From contig JAZDCZ010000254.1 in assembly GCA_036679605.1 (NCBI GenBank), positions 64,001 through 128,000 of the forward strand: a stretch of DNA of 64,000 nucleotides, in the 5' to 3' direction. The notes beneath the pieces were generated by a model that made no database searches, was not told where the DNA came from, and saw only the letters and a program-made list of their open reading frames with translations. The position numbers and the translations under genes are program-made. Of the stretch, positions 49,824 to 58,973 are shown in pieces (positions within the stretch are counted from its first letter, which is position 1; each line of letters begins with the position of its first letter). Source of the stretch: Gemmatimonadota bacterium. GTDB taxonomy: Bacteria > Gemmatimonadota > Gemmatimonadetes > Gemmatimonadales > GWC2-71-9.

Positions 49824-51497
49824 TTGGCGATTATGATCAGAAGAAACTCTTTTCGCTCCACCCTCGTGGCGCTGCTGACGTTGGGTCTAGGATCCTGTGC
49901 TCCGGATCTAACCTGTACTGATGACTGGTGTGGCACGGCCGTGGTTGTATCCGCTGCCGAGCCCGAAACCCTACTGCCACCGTTGGCACAATTTGACACG
50001 CACATTGCCCTAGCTGATCTCCTATTCTGGAGACTAGCTGACGTAGGTCCCCAGGCGACCACGGTGGGTGACTCCGGATTCGTTGCCAGACTCGCAGATG
50101 AGTGGCAATTTGAAGACTCCGTCACAATCAGTTTTCATTTGAATCCTGCCGCCAAGTGGCATGACGGTATGCCGGTGACTGCAGAAGATGTGGTCTTCAC
50201 CTTCGGTGTCTACAGTGACCCGGAGATCAACGCGCTTGCGCTTGCGCGCGTGAACAAAATCGCGTCGGTGACAGCCCGGGATTCTCTAACCGCAGTGTTT
50301 CGATTCCACGAGCATTATTCTGAGCAGTTTTTCGATGCCGTTTACCACATGCGCATCATTCCAAAACATCTGCTCGAGGGTACTCCGCACTCGGACTACA
50401 CTTCCTCTCCGTTCGGTAGAGACCCCGTCGGGAACGGTCCATTCCGATTCGTAAAGTGGGATCCGGGAGCATCGATCGAGTTGTCGGCCGATCCTGAGTT
50501 TTTCGCAGGCCGACCTGGTCTTCGCAGAATAGTGTGGCAGTTCTCTTCGGACCCACTCACTATGGTGTCACAGTTGATCGCTGGAGAGGTAGACGTCCTC
50601 AACGTGATTCAGGGACCCGAAAACATCCCACGGGTGGCTGAACAAGCGCACCTGAAAACGCAGCGATATTTGTTGGGTGTCTATGCGTACATAGCGTTCA
50701 ACTTTCGTAGCCAGATCGGCACAGGCCAGCCTCACCCTCTGTTTGCCGACCGCGACCTGCGGCGGGCCATCACTAAGGCGGTAGATCGCTCGACAATCGT
50801 AAGCGCGGTGCTGGACGAATCGGGTGAAGTTCCTCCAGGTCCTCTCACCCGTGCACAGTGGGTATGGACGGATGACATAACAGAGATCTCTTTCAATCGT
50901 GCAGAAGCAGAACGAGACTTGCGAAATCTAGGTTGGGAGGACACGAATGCGGATGGTGTGCTGGATCGGGAGGGACGTCCGCTATCGTTCGAACTCTTGG
51001 TACCGGGCACCAGCACCGCCCGCAAACGAGCCGCAGTAATAATCCAGGATCAGCTCAAGCAGGCCGGCATTGCGATGTCGATCACCGAACTCGAACCGAA
51101 CTCGATGGGAAGCAGAGTATCAAAAGGTAAATTCGACGCGTATTTCGGTGCGTGGCAGCAAGATCCCAGTCCCGCCTCAATTGAGGAGACATGGACGACA
51201 GCAGCGATTGGTGGACCGAACTACGGGAGCTACTCCAATTCTTCGGTCGATCGGATAATTCACGGGGCCTTGTCCACCTTCGATCGCGATGCTTCACGGC
51301 GGGAGTGGAAGAAAGCGATAGATCTGATCAATGCTGACGCTCCAGCCATATGGGTTTACGCGATGACGCCGGTTGCTGGACTGCACGACCGGATAGAAAA
51401 CGTCTCCTTCGGTTCAGATGAATGGTGGAAGACGATTTGGCAGTGGCGTGTGGACCCTAAACGAATGATCGATCGGGATCTGGTCACCGCCAACTAG
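49824..51497 (+). CDS. oppA: Peptide ABC transporter substrate-binding lipoprotein (family 5)
   Basis: LGSC lipobox, KWHDGMPVTAEDVVFT, PVGNGPF, GWEDTNADG. Confidence 0.9.
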   Translation: MAIMIRRNSFRSTLVALLTLGLGSCAPDLTCTDDWCGTAVVVSAAEPETLLPPLAQFDTHIALADLLFWRLADVGPQATTVGDSGFVARLADEWQFEDSVTISFHLNPAAKWHDGMPVTAEDVVFTFGVYSDPEINALALARVNKIASVTARDSLTAVFRFHEHYSEQFFDAVYHMRIIPKHLLEGTPHSDYTSSPFGRDPVGNGPFRFVKWDPGASIELSADPEFFAGRPGLRRIVWQFSSDPLTMVSQLIAGEVDVLNVIQGPENIPRVAEQAHLKTQRYLLGVYAYIAFNFRSQIGTGQPHPLFADRDLRRAITKAVDRSTIVSAVLDESGEVPPGPLTRAQWVWTDDITEISFNRAEAERDLRNLGWEDTNADGVLDREGRPLSFELLVPGTSTARKRAAVIIQDQLKQAGIAMSITELEPNSMGSRVSKGKFDAYFGAWQQDPSPASIEETWTTAAIGGPNYGSYSNSSVDRIIHGALSTFDRDASRREWKKAIDLINADAPAIWVYAMTPVAGLHDRIENVSFGSDEWWKTIWQWRVDPKRMIDRDLVTAN

Positions 51498-51498
51498 C

Positions 51499-52476
51499 GT
51501 GGCACGGTATATCGCCGGCCGGTTTGCTAACGGAGTAGGAATTGTATTCCTAGTAGCAACCCTCTCGTTCGTCCTGATTCGGGTAGCTCCGGGAGATCCA
51601 TACACGAGAATGTGGGAGGCGTCCTCCGCGTCACCCGAATTCGTGGCGAGAGCGCGGCAGCGATTGGGACTAGACCTTCCTTTGCACCGACAGTACTTGA
51701 CCTACCTCTCCAATCTGGCGCGAGGTGATTGGGGAGATTCAATCTCCGAACACCGACCCGTGTGGGATGCGATCAAGGATCGAATCCCAGCTACAGTTAC
51801 GCTCGCTAGCGCCGCGTTGCTCATCCAGCTCGTCATCGGCGTCGCCGTTGGTGCGCTTCAAGGAGCACATCCTGGCACTCGCACGGACGACGCTCTGACG
51901 GCGGCTACACTGACCCTTTACTCGATCCCGGTGTTCTGGCTGGGATTGATGTTGCTGCTCATCTTCTCCCAGGGTCTAGGCATACTGCCGGTCACCGGCG
52001 CGAAAACCGCTGCTATCTACGATCACCTGCCGTTTTTCGGAAAACTCTGGGACCGAGCACGTCATCTATTTCTCCCAGCAGTCACTCTCGGCCTTGCTGG
52101 GGCCGCCGGAACCGCACGGTATCAACGTGCCGCAATGCTCGATGCGATCCATCAAGACTTCGTCCGCACAGCTCGTGCGAAGGGGTTGAGAGAGAGCGCC
52201 GTACTCTTTCGCCATGCACTGCGTAACGCCCTGCTGCCGATAGTGACCATTTTCGGCTTGTCGTTTCCAATCCTGCTTTCCGGTGCTGTCCTGGTCGAAT
52301 CTGTGTTCGCCTGGCCCGGCCTCGGCAAATTTGTGGTGGACGCAATCGCGCACCGCGACTATCACGTGGTAACAAGTGCAACCATTGTAGCAGCCATCAT
52401 GGTGGTTATCGGCAACCTCTTGGCTGACATTCTTTATCGCGTCGTGGACCCCCGCACGAGCGTGGAGGCTCCGTGA
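51499..52476 (+). CDS. oppB: Peptide ABC transporter permease
   Basis: APGDP, GLDLP, QDFVRTARAKGL, HALRNA, VESVFAWPGLG. Confidence 0.92.
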   Translation: MARYIAGRFANGVGIVFLVATLSFVLIRVAPGDPYTRMWEASSASPEFVARARQRLGLDLPLHRQYLTYLSNLARGDWGDSISEHRPVWDAIKDRIPATVTLASAALLIQLVIGVAVGALQGAHPGTRTDDALTAATLTLYSIPVFWLGLMLLLIFSQGLGILPVTGAKTAAIYDHLPFFGKLWDRARHLFLPAVTLGLAGAAGTARYQRAAMLDAIHQDFVRTARAKGLRESAVLFRHALRNALLPIVTIFGLSFPILLSGAVLVESVFAWPGLGKFVVDAIAHRDYHVVTSATIVAAIMVVIGNLLADILYRVVDPRTSVEAP

Positions 52477-53306
52477 ACGGATGGCGCCGTTTGCTGCGAA
52501 ACAGACGCACTGCCGTCGGTATAGGCGTGATCGTTTTCTTGGTTACCGCTGCAGCACTCGCTCCACTCCTCGCATCGTATAGCCCGTCGGCCCAGCTGGA
52601 CATCACCTCCGGAAGGGCGCTACCGCCTTCGTTGTTGCACCCGTTCGGGACCGATATCTTTAGCCGCGATCTGTTGAGCCGTGTGTTATACGGAGCAAGG
52701 ATATCGCTCCTAATCGCGTTCCTCTCAATGCTTCTCTCGGTGACGATTGGCACAGGGGTAGGATTGGTGTCGGGTATGTTTGGCGGCATCCTAGACATTG
52801 TCATCATGCGCGCAGTCGACGCCGCGCTGGCGATACCTCGAGTTTTTCTGCTCCTAGTAGTCTTGGCCCTTTGGGAGCGCGTTGACGTCGTTGGTCTTAT
52901 CACAATCCTCGGCCTCACCAGTTGGTTCGGCACAAGCAGAATAGTGCGTGCAGAAGTGTTGAGCCTGATGCAGCGCGATTTCATCGCAGCAACGCGATCG
53001 CTCGGAATCGGCCGAGGACGTGTGTTGCTGCATCACCTCCTGCCGAACGTGATCGCACCGATCGGAGTTACGTCGACACTCGGGATAGGTCAGATCATTC
53101 TGATTGAAGCCGGGCTGTCGTATTTGGGAGTAGGGGTGCAGGAACCAACTGCGTCACTCGGCAGGATGATGCAAGGCGGAAGCTCAATGCTTCAAACAGC
53201 ACCATGGATTTCCATCTTTCCCGGTTTGATCATAGTGTTGACTGTGATCGGTTTTAGCATGCTCGCTGACGGACTGCGCGATACCATGGATCCACGAACC
53301 CAATGA
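52473..53306 (+). CDS. oppC: Peptide ABC transporter permease
   Basis: HPFGTD, YGARISL, HLLPNV, EAGLSYLG, DGLRD. Confidence 0.92.
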   Translation: MNGWRRLLRNRRTAVGIGVIVFLVTAAALAPLLASYSPSAQLDITSGRALPPSLLHPFGTDIFSRDLLSRVLYGARISLLIAFLSMLLSVTIGTGVGLVSGMFGGILDIVIMRAVDAALAIPRVFLLLVVLALWERVDVVGLITILGLTSWFGTSRIVRAEVLSLMQRDFIAATRSLGIGRGRVLLHHLLPNVIAPIGVTSTLGIGQIILIEAGLSYLGVGVQEPTASLGRMMQGGSSMLQTAPWISIFPGLIIVLTVIGFSMLADGLRDTMDPRTQ

Positions 53307-54280
53307 GCTGCGTGCTCAGCGTTCAGAATCTCAGAACGTACTTCACCACGGATCGAGGAGAAGCTCGGGCAGTGGACGACGTATCGTTCGACCTCTTCGA
53401 AGGCGAGACACTCGGCATCGTGGGTGAGTCCGGATGTGGCAAGACTGCAACCGCATTGTCAATACTTCGACTCATCGACCCTCCTGGACGAATTCTAGAC
53501 AGGAGCAAGATTCGATATGCCGGGCGCAATCTGTTGTTGCTACGACCGGACGAACTTCGCGCCATACGAGGTGCCGAGATAGCAATGATCTTCCAGGAAC
53601 CCGCTACGAGCCTCAATCCCGTGCTAACAATTGGAACTCAAATCTCGGAGACATTACGAGCCCATCTCGATATCACACGCGCTGGTGCAAAGGACCGCTC
53701 AATCGAATTGCTGTCGATGGTAGGAATTCCCGAACCAGAGAAACATGTTCGCCGTTATCCTCACGAGCTGAGTGGTGGTATGCAACAGCGGGCCATGATT
53801 GCCATGGCACTGTCGTGCAATCCCAAGATCTTGATCGCTGATGAACCGACCACTGCACTCGACGTTACCGTACAGGCACAGATTATCGACCTAATGCTGG
53901 ATCTCAAGGAACGCCTCGGCATGGCAATGATCCTGATCACGCATGACTTGGGAATCGTGGCGGGGATAGCCGACAGAGTCGCTGTGATGTACGCTGGCAA
54001 AATCGTTGAACAGGCACCTACCAGACAGTTGTTCGAGCAACCGACACACCCATACACTCAGGCACTTCTGCGGGCTATACCGAGATTGGATCAACCCGTC
54101 GATCGACTTACGGTGATTCCGGGAGCGGTGCCTCCGGCCACAGATTGGCCGGCAGCTTGTCGTTTTCACCCACGCTGCCCCCAGGCCTGGGAACTGTGCA
54201 GGTCGAAGGAACCCCTGCTCGAACATCTCGAGCAACAACACACGGCAAGATGTTGGCTCACGGATCGGAATAAAAGGTGA
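53303..54280 (+). CDS. oppD: Peptide ABC transporter ATPase
   Basis: GESGCGKT, YPHELSGGMQQR, HPYT, C-terminal Cys cluster. Confidence 0.93.
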   Translation: MSCVLSVQNLRTYFTTDRGEARAVDDVSFDLFEGETLGIVGESGCGKTATALSILRLIDPPGRILDRSKIRYAGRNLLLLRPDELRAIRGAEIAMIFQEPATSLNPVLTIGTQISETLRAHLDITRAGAKDRSIELLSMVGIPEPEKHVRRYPHELSGGMQQRAMIAMALSCNPKILIADEPTTALDVTVQAQIIDLMLDLKERLGMAMILITHDLGIVAGIADRVAVMYAGKIVEQAPTRQLFEQPTHPYTQALLRAIPRLDQPVDRLTVIPGAVPPATDWPAACRFHPRCPQAWELCRSKEPLLEHLEQQHTARCWLTDRNKR

Positions 54281-55251
54281 GCCGCGCGTCGTCGCTACTG
54301 ACAATCGAGGCACTGGTAAAAACCTATTCCAGATCAAGCGGGCTATTTGGTAAAACAGACCCGGTGCGAGCACTGGATGGGGTGGACATGTCAATCAACC
54401 GAGGAGAAGCCCTAGGCTTGGTTGGCGAGAGCGGTAGTGGAAAAACTACGCTGGCCCGGTGCGTGATCCGGCTTGTCAAGGCCACGAGCGGCCGTGTGAT
54501 ATTCGATGGGGTAGATGTACTCAAGGCCGACTCGCTCACCCTCCGCACCCTGCGCCAGCGGATGCAGATCGTTTTTCAGGATCCGTTTGGATCGCTTAAT
54601 CCGCGGATGACCGTTGGAGCGGCGGTTCGGGAGCCGATCGAGGCACACAAAATCGCAGAGAAACAAGAGGCTCGCGATAGAGTGGAGTCTCTGTTTGAGG
54701 AAGTCGGATTGGATCCAACTTACACTTCGAGCTATCCACACCAGCTCTCGGGCGGACAGCGGCAGCGGATAGGCATTGCCCGGGCATTGTCGGTGGAGCC
54801 CGAGTTCGTCGTACTCGACGAGCCGGTCTCCGCGCTGGACGTCTCGGTACAAGCTCAAGTGCTCAATCTTCTTTCCGACCTGCGTGCTAACCGAGGTTTG
54901 ACGTACCTGTTCATCGCGCACGACCTCGCGGTAGTGCGTCACATTGCCGACCGTGTTGCAGTCATGTACTCGGGGCGATTGATGGAGGTAGCGTTCGTGA
55001 CCGACACGTACGACGAACCGCTTCACCCCTACACGACTTCCTTGCTCTCCGCGGTACCGGTACCAGACCCGCGGGTTCGGAGGGAACGGATTATCTTGAC
55101 GGGAGACGCATCGGCCCGGCGACCGACCTCTGGGTGCGTATTCGAGCCGAGGTGTCCACATCCCAAGAAGAACGAACTATGTCGGATGGAGATACCTCCC
55201 CTTCGAGAGATACGCACGGCACGGTTAGTCGCCTGCCACCACGCGGAATAA
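54277..55251 (+). CDS. oppF: Peptide ABC transporter ATPase
   Basis: GESGSGKT, LSGGQRQRIGIARAL, DEPVSALDVSVQAQ. Confidence 0.93.
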   Translation: MSRASSLLTIEALVKTYSRSSGLFGKTDPVRALDGVDMSINRGEALGLVGESGSGKTTLARCVIRLVKATSGRVIFDGVDVLKADSLTLRTLRQRMQIVFQDPFGSLNPRMTVGAAVREPIEAHKIAEKQEARDRVESLFEEVGLDPTYTSSYPHQLSGGQRQRIGIARALSVEPEFVVLDEPVSALDVSVQAQVLNLLSDLRANRGLTYLFIAHDLAVVRHIADRVAVMYSGRLMEVAFVTDTYDEPLHPYTTSLLSAVPVPDPRVRRERIILTGDASARRPTSGCVFEPRCPHPKKNELCRMEIPPLREIRTARLVACHHAE

Positions 55252-55324
55252 TGCATGAACGTCCGCATGGACTCCTAGCTTCACGATGCGCACATTGCTA
55301 GCCGAAGTGGAACCGCTTTCGATC

Positions 55325-55384
55325 TTGCCAGTAGCGACTACATAGTTATTCCCGGCGTACCGATGTCTGTAGGCCTACTGGTAA
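55325..55384. other. Long imperfect hairpin in a convergent intergenic region
   Basis: TTGCCAGTAG/CTACTGGTAA, CTACA/TGTAG and apical CGG-CGTA-CCG. Confidence 0.5.
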
Positions 55385-55451
55385 TAGTCAGCCTGTTGAC
55401 CAGGCCCTCGGAACCGGAGAAGTGGGCCCCGTTCTTTGAAGATCCGGACGA

Positions 55452-55856
55452 TCAGCCCGCCTGATCGAACAGGTCGTTCTGATCTGTGGTTTCCACACCT
55501 TCGGACTCCAGGAAAGTACGGAGCCGCCGAGTCCAGTCTGCAACATTGAAACGCGATTCTGTAAGCAGCATGCGTCCGAGTACGTCCGGAAAGTCATCGA
55601 ACGCGTCCAAAAGGTCCGACAACATTTCTCGCGCCTCTTGAATCTGGAAGCGCTCATCGCTCGCAACAGCAACGTCGCGCAAAATGGCTCGTTCGCTACG
55701 GGAGGCAACTATGGGCTCATCGATGGTCGTTGTATAAACCTCGGTGCGCCGTCCCGGACCTCTTTCCGATTCAATCGGCATTAGACCGACAATTGCGTCC
55801 GATCTCCAATACCTGCCATAGCCTAGTGAAACCATCCGATTTGGTCTGATATCCAT
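55452..55856 (-). CDS. Hypothetical protein, weakly RemA/DUF370-like N-terminus
   Basis: MVSLGYG...AIVGL.PIE...GRRT...IVAS pattern. Confidence 0.6.
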   Translation of the reverse strand: MDIRPNRMVSLGYGRYWRSDAIVGLMPIESERGPGRRTEVYTTTIDEPIVASRSERAILRDVAVASDERFQIQEAREMLSDLLDAFDDFPDVLGRMLLTESRFNVADWTRRLRTFLESEGVETTDQNDLFDQAG

Positions 55857-55865
55857 AAGTTCTTC

Positions 55866-56408
55866 CTACTTTCCCATCTTTTTCTTTAAAGCCTCTAGCT
55901 GAGCATCTGCTCGTGCCTCACGAGCAGCGCGATCCATTTCGGAGCGAAGCAATTCACCAGCGAGATCGGATTCCGGGCGAGTTCCTCCGGCCTGTTCTAT
56001 CTCCCGCCATGCAGCTTCGGCGTGACTCGATCCGACCCGCTTTAGATCAGCCATCATATCCGCAAGCTCGCGTTCAGCCAGAGACAACTCAGCCCGCTGG
56101 ACATCCAGCTTTTGTTCGAGCACCTCCACCCGCTGGCGGTGTTTCTCGCCAAAACGCTCGGCTACCTGGACCGTCTCATGGTCTTCAATCTTGCTCGCAA
56201 GCCGTCCCCGGCGTTCTGCGTCCTCCAACTGCCCTCGTTGTACCGACAGCTCTTTGTCCGTATCCGACACAGCCCTGCGCATCAGATCGATTCCCGATTT
56301 GGCCTCTATGACCGCTTCCCGCATTTTGCTCGCCGCTTCACGTGGATCTTGCGGAGAGGTGGCTGCATCGAGAGCGGCGTTAAGAGCCGCGCGAAGATTC
56401 TCGAACAC
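55866..56408 (-). CDS. PspA/IM30-like coiled-coil protein
   Basis: Amphipathic N-terminus MFENLRAALNAALD..., DP, long coiled coil, ADAQLEALKKKMGK end. Confidence 0.72.
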   Translation of the reverse strand: MFENLRAALNAALDAATSPQDPREAASKMREAVIEAKSGIDLMRRAVSDTDKELSVQRGQLEDAERRGRLASKIEDHETVQVAERFGEKHRQRVEVLEQKLDVQRAELSLAERELADMMADLKRVGSSHAEAAWREIEQAGGTRPESDLAGELLRSEMDRAAREARADAQLEALKKKMGK

Positions 56409-56572
56409 TAGCTCTTTCGAATTGTCTTGGCATAGAAAGGGGTGAAGACATGCCGAACTTCCTTCGATCCACAGTTACTACAACTCGGCCGGCTTTCGCC
56501 GGCTTTCTTTATAGGAGACACTCGAGTGAAGCGTTTGCGACAAACGGTACACTCGTATTCATAGATTGGCAT
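56408..56572 (-). CDS. FmdB-family zinc-ribbon protein (54 aa), below the track cutoff
   Basis: MPIYEYECTVCRKRF...PSCSNCGSKEVRHVFTPF; its TAG overlaps the PspA-like GTG. Confidence 0.9.
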   Translation of the reverse strand: MPIYEYECTVCRKRFTRVSPIKKAGESRPSCSNCGSKEVRHVFTPFYAKTIRKS

Positions 56573-56696
56573 GACCCGAATTCCGTAATTAAAAGATGTA
56601 ACGTAAAACGATACGCGCGCCTCCCCGAGCGGTCAAGCAACGGGGAGACCGTCCCTCCGACTAGTCAGGGACCGTCGATGAATTTAGGTTCATCAA

Positions 56697-57185
56697 ATGA
56701 AACCGATCCTTCTGATTCTGGTGTTAACGCTCACATCCTGCACCGACGGGAACCCGGAAAATAATCCTGTGTGTGGGATCTCCGCCATGGCTGCCGCATC
56801 GATGGCGCTCGAGCAATTTGGAACACCGGGCAGGCTGTTCCGGGAAATCCCCGATGGAATCGAAGGTGTGGTGCCGGCCAGAGTGGTCGGTTATGGAACG
56901 GCTCGAGCAGTAGCGGGGACAGGTCCAAGCGGTCTCATCCTCGGCTACGAAGGTGATGGATTCCCTCAATTGCCGGGCTTTGGTCTCCTCATGGTAGAGG
57001 ACTCACTCGAGACCTTCAAAGGAGTCCTCATTTTCGATATAGACCCGCCGCAAGGGATACTGGGCTTGGGAACCATTTCTAATTCCACGGTCACCATGCC
57101 ACTCTACGGTCTGCGAGTCACATGGAGTGCAGTGAGCAGCGAGCGCTGCCCCTTATTCGCACCACTAGATACCGCTGCGCGGTAG
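56697..57185 (+). CDS. Hypothetical lipoprotein
   Basis: MKPILLILVLTLTSC lipobox; two further Cys could form a disulfide. Confidence 0.75.
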   Translation: MKPILLILVLTLTSCTDGNPENNPVCGISAMAAASMALEQFGTPGRLFREIPDGIEGVVPARVVGYGTARAVAGTGPSGLILGYEGDGFPQLPGFGLLMVEDSLETFKGVLIFDIDPPQGILGLGTISNSTVTMPLYGLRVTWSAVSSERCPLFAPLDTAAR

Positions 57186-57221
57186 CCCCTCAGATCCGTC
57201 CCACGAACGGTTGCAGATCCG

Positions 57222-57950
57222 TCACGAGAGCAGCCGTGATTCATCAACCACCTGCCTCATGAGCCTGTCGGGATTGGATTTGTCCGGGAAGAATAGCTCG
57301 TCTGACAGCTTGTTCAGACCCACGCGGAGCCGCGCGAACGATTCGGCGGCCTGTGAATAGATATCGACCATATCGAAGTCGCGGGCCAAACGATGCTCTG
57401 ACGCCAACTTGAACCCCATAGTCCCCATCTCTTCAAAGTACCGCATGTTCGGTGCGCCCCGCCGATGTACTCTTGCCGTTATGTGGTCCGGGAAAACTCC
57501 GGTCAACCAGAGACTGAAGTTTCCGAGGTGGGCCTGCAGCAGGAATCTGCGCCTCCCCGACTCAGCCTCGATGTCGGCAACTATGTCTGCAACGTACCTG
57601 TACACCTGATCGTCGTGACCGGCAATTTGGTAGGCCCGTTCGCGCGCGCCGAACGCAGATAGCAGTGCTCCTACATAGTTGCTGAGACGCCGATCTTCTA
57701 TGCCTACGAGGCGAAGCGTATTGCGAACAGCAACGCAAATGAAAAGTGCCGGCGATGGCACGTCGATACCCGACACGTCACGTAGCAAATCCAATAGGGT
57801 CGGATCATCGAGCAGCTCGTCGATGCCCTGTTCTTCGGCCACCCGCTCAAGCTCGCGCCGCCTCGACTGATCTCCGCGCGACAGCACTTGCACTACCAAC
57901 TCTACGTCTCTCGGACTGAGACGTTCCTGCAGATTGGCAATAATCATCAT
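57222..57950 (-). CDS. Hypothetical helical protein
   Basis: GGAGG SD; protein-like composition, HLGNFSLWLTGVFPD and YFEEMG segments. Confidence 0.75.
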   Translation of the reverse strand: MMIIANLQERLSPRDVELVVQVLSRGDQSRRRELERVAEEQGIDELLDDPTLLDLLRDVSGIDVPSPALFICVAVRNTLRLVGIEDRRLSNYVGALLSAFGARERAYQIAGHDDQVYRYVADIVADIEAESGRRRFLLQAHLGNFSLWLTGVFPDHITARVHRRGAPNMRYFEEMGTMGFKLASEHRLARDFDMVDIYSQAAESFARLRVGLNKLSDELFFPDKSNPDRLMRQVVDESRLLS

Positions 57951-58226
57951 TCCACCTCCGATGAAAGGTCGCCATCCAACAGATTCTCATCCCTCTAGTG
58001 CACTACGCTGGTGCCCCACCTTCATTATCGACAACGCCCTGCTGATCTGAAAAGATCCGCAAATTTCGCGCCCCAAATACTATTGATCGGAAGTCACGGA
58101 TCTGCAACAACTTCCGCCAGCCCCTCCATACTTGCCGCACAGCTCGTCTATATTGCGGGACATTTGATTGACCCTTGGGGTAGAATACCTAGACGCAAGC
58201 GCGAATACCGTAACGGAAATCACTTC

Positions 58227-58973
58227 ATGATCTATATATGCATTGCAGCAAGAAACGACGCCCCAACAGTGGGACTCTTGCTGTGGAAAATCCGGCAGGT
58301 CTTCGACGAGTTTCCACGAGAGTATCATCTCCTGGTTGCAGAAGACGCTTCGTCGGACGATACAGCCGAGGTGCTGGCACCGTATCAGAAGGCCCTACCT
58401 ATTACTGTGATTCGACACGAGAAACGCAAGGGCTACGCGGCCAGCTTGGAGTCACTCTTCCGCGAGGCGTTAGAACGCACCGATAGGCCGAGACGAGATT
58501 GCCTACTGACTGTGCCGGCCGATTTCTCGATAACGCCAGCAGTGCTACCAGATATTATCAAACGTACTGAATCGGGTGCCGATGTCGTCGTCGCAGATGC
58601 GATCCAAAACATCCCGTCAGCAGGACTTCGCCTAGTGCGCCGACTGGCCCCCTGGCTGCTCCAACCGGGATTGCGATTGAACGGATTCGGTGACGTGATG
58701 TCCGGTCTATATGCGATCCGCCTCATAACTCTCAAGAAGTGCCTGCAAGACGGAAGGGGTCCGCTGCTAAAAACCGAAGGAGCGTGCGCTAACGCCGAGC
58801 TAGTGGCGCGCGCCGCTTTAGCAGCCCGGCAGATTACGGTCGTACCCGTTTCGGCCGGTACAAACTCCACGATGGGCAAGAGAGGCAGCCCGATCGCCCT
58901 TGCGGTAGACCTTCTCCTGGCTGGCCGCAGGCTGAAAATTCCGGCGCCCCAAGCGATCGTGCAGAGGGCATAG
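58227..58973 (+). CDS. Glycosyltransferase family 2 (DPM-synthase-like)
   Basis: IYICIAARND, EDASSDDT, IRHEKRKG, GADVV; DxD degenerate (TVPADFS). Confidence 0.8.
   Translation: MIYICIAARNDAPTVGLLLWKIRQVFDEFPREYHLLVAEDASSDDTAEVLAPYQKALPITVIRHEKRKGYAASLESLFREALERTDRPRRDCLLTVPADFSITPAVLPDIIKRTESGADVVVADAIQNIPSAGLRLVRRLAPWLLQPGLRLNGFGDVMSGLYAIRLITLKKCLQDGRGPLLKTEGACANAELVARAALAARQITVVPVSAGTNSTMGKRGSPIALAVDLLLAGRRLKIPAPQAIVQRA

Noticed and set aside
55381..55450. tRNA-Sec on the minus strand (contains CTTCAAA and GGTTCCGA)
   Set aside because: The anticodon and acceptor stems cannot be paired; no cloverleaf.
56450..56764. 104-aa plus-strand ORF
   Set aside because: Antisense to the clear FmdB-type zinc-ribbon gene, with no recognizable motifs.
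58140..58226. c-di-GMP-I riboswitch upstream of GT2 (GACGCAAGC)
   Set aside because: The GGCAAA and GNRA/receptor elements are missing; only a short chance similarity.
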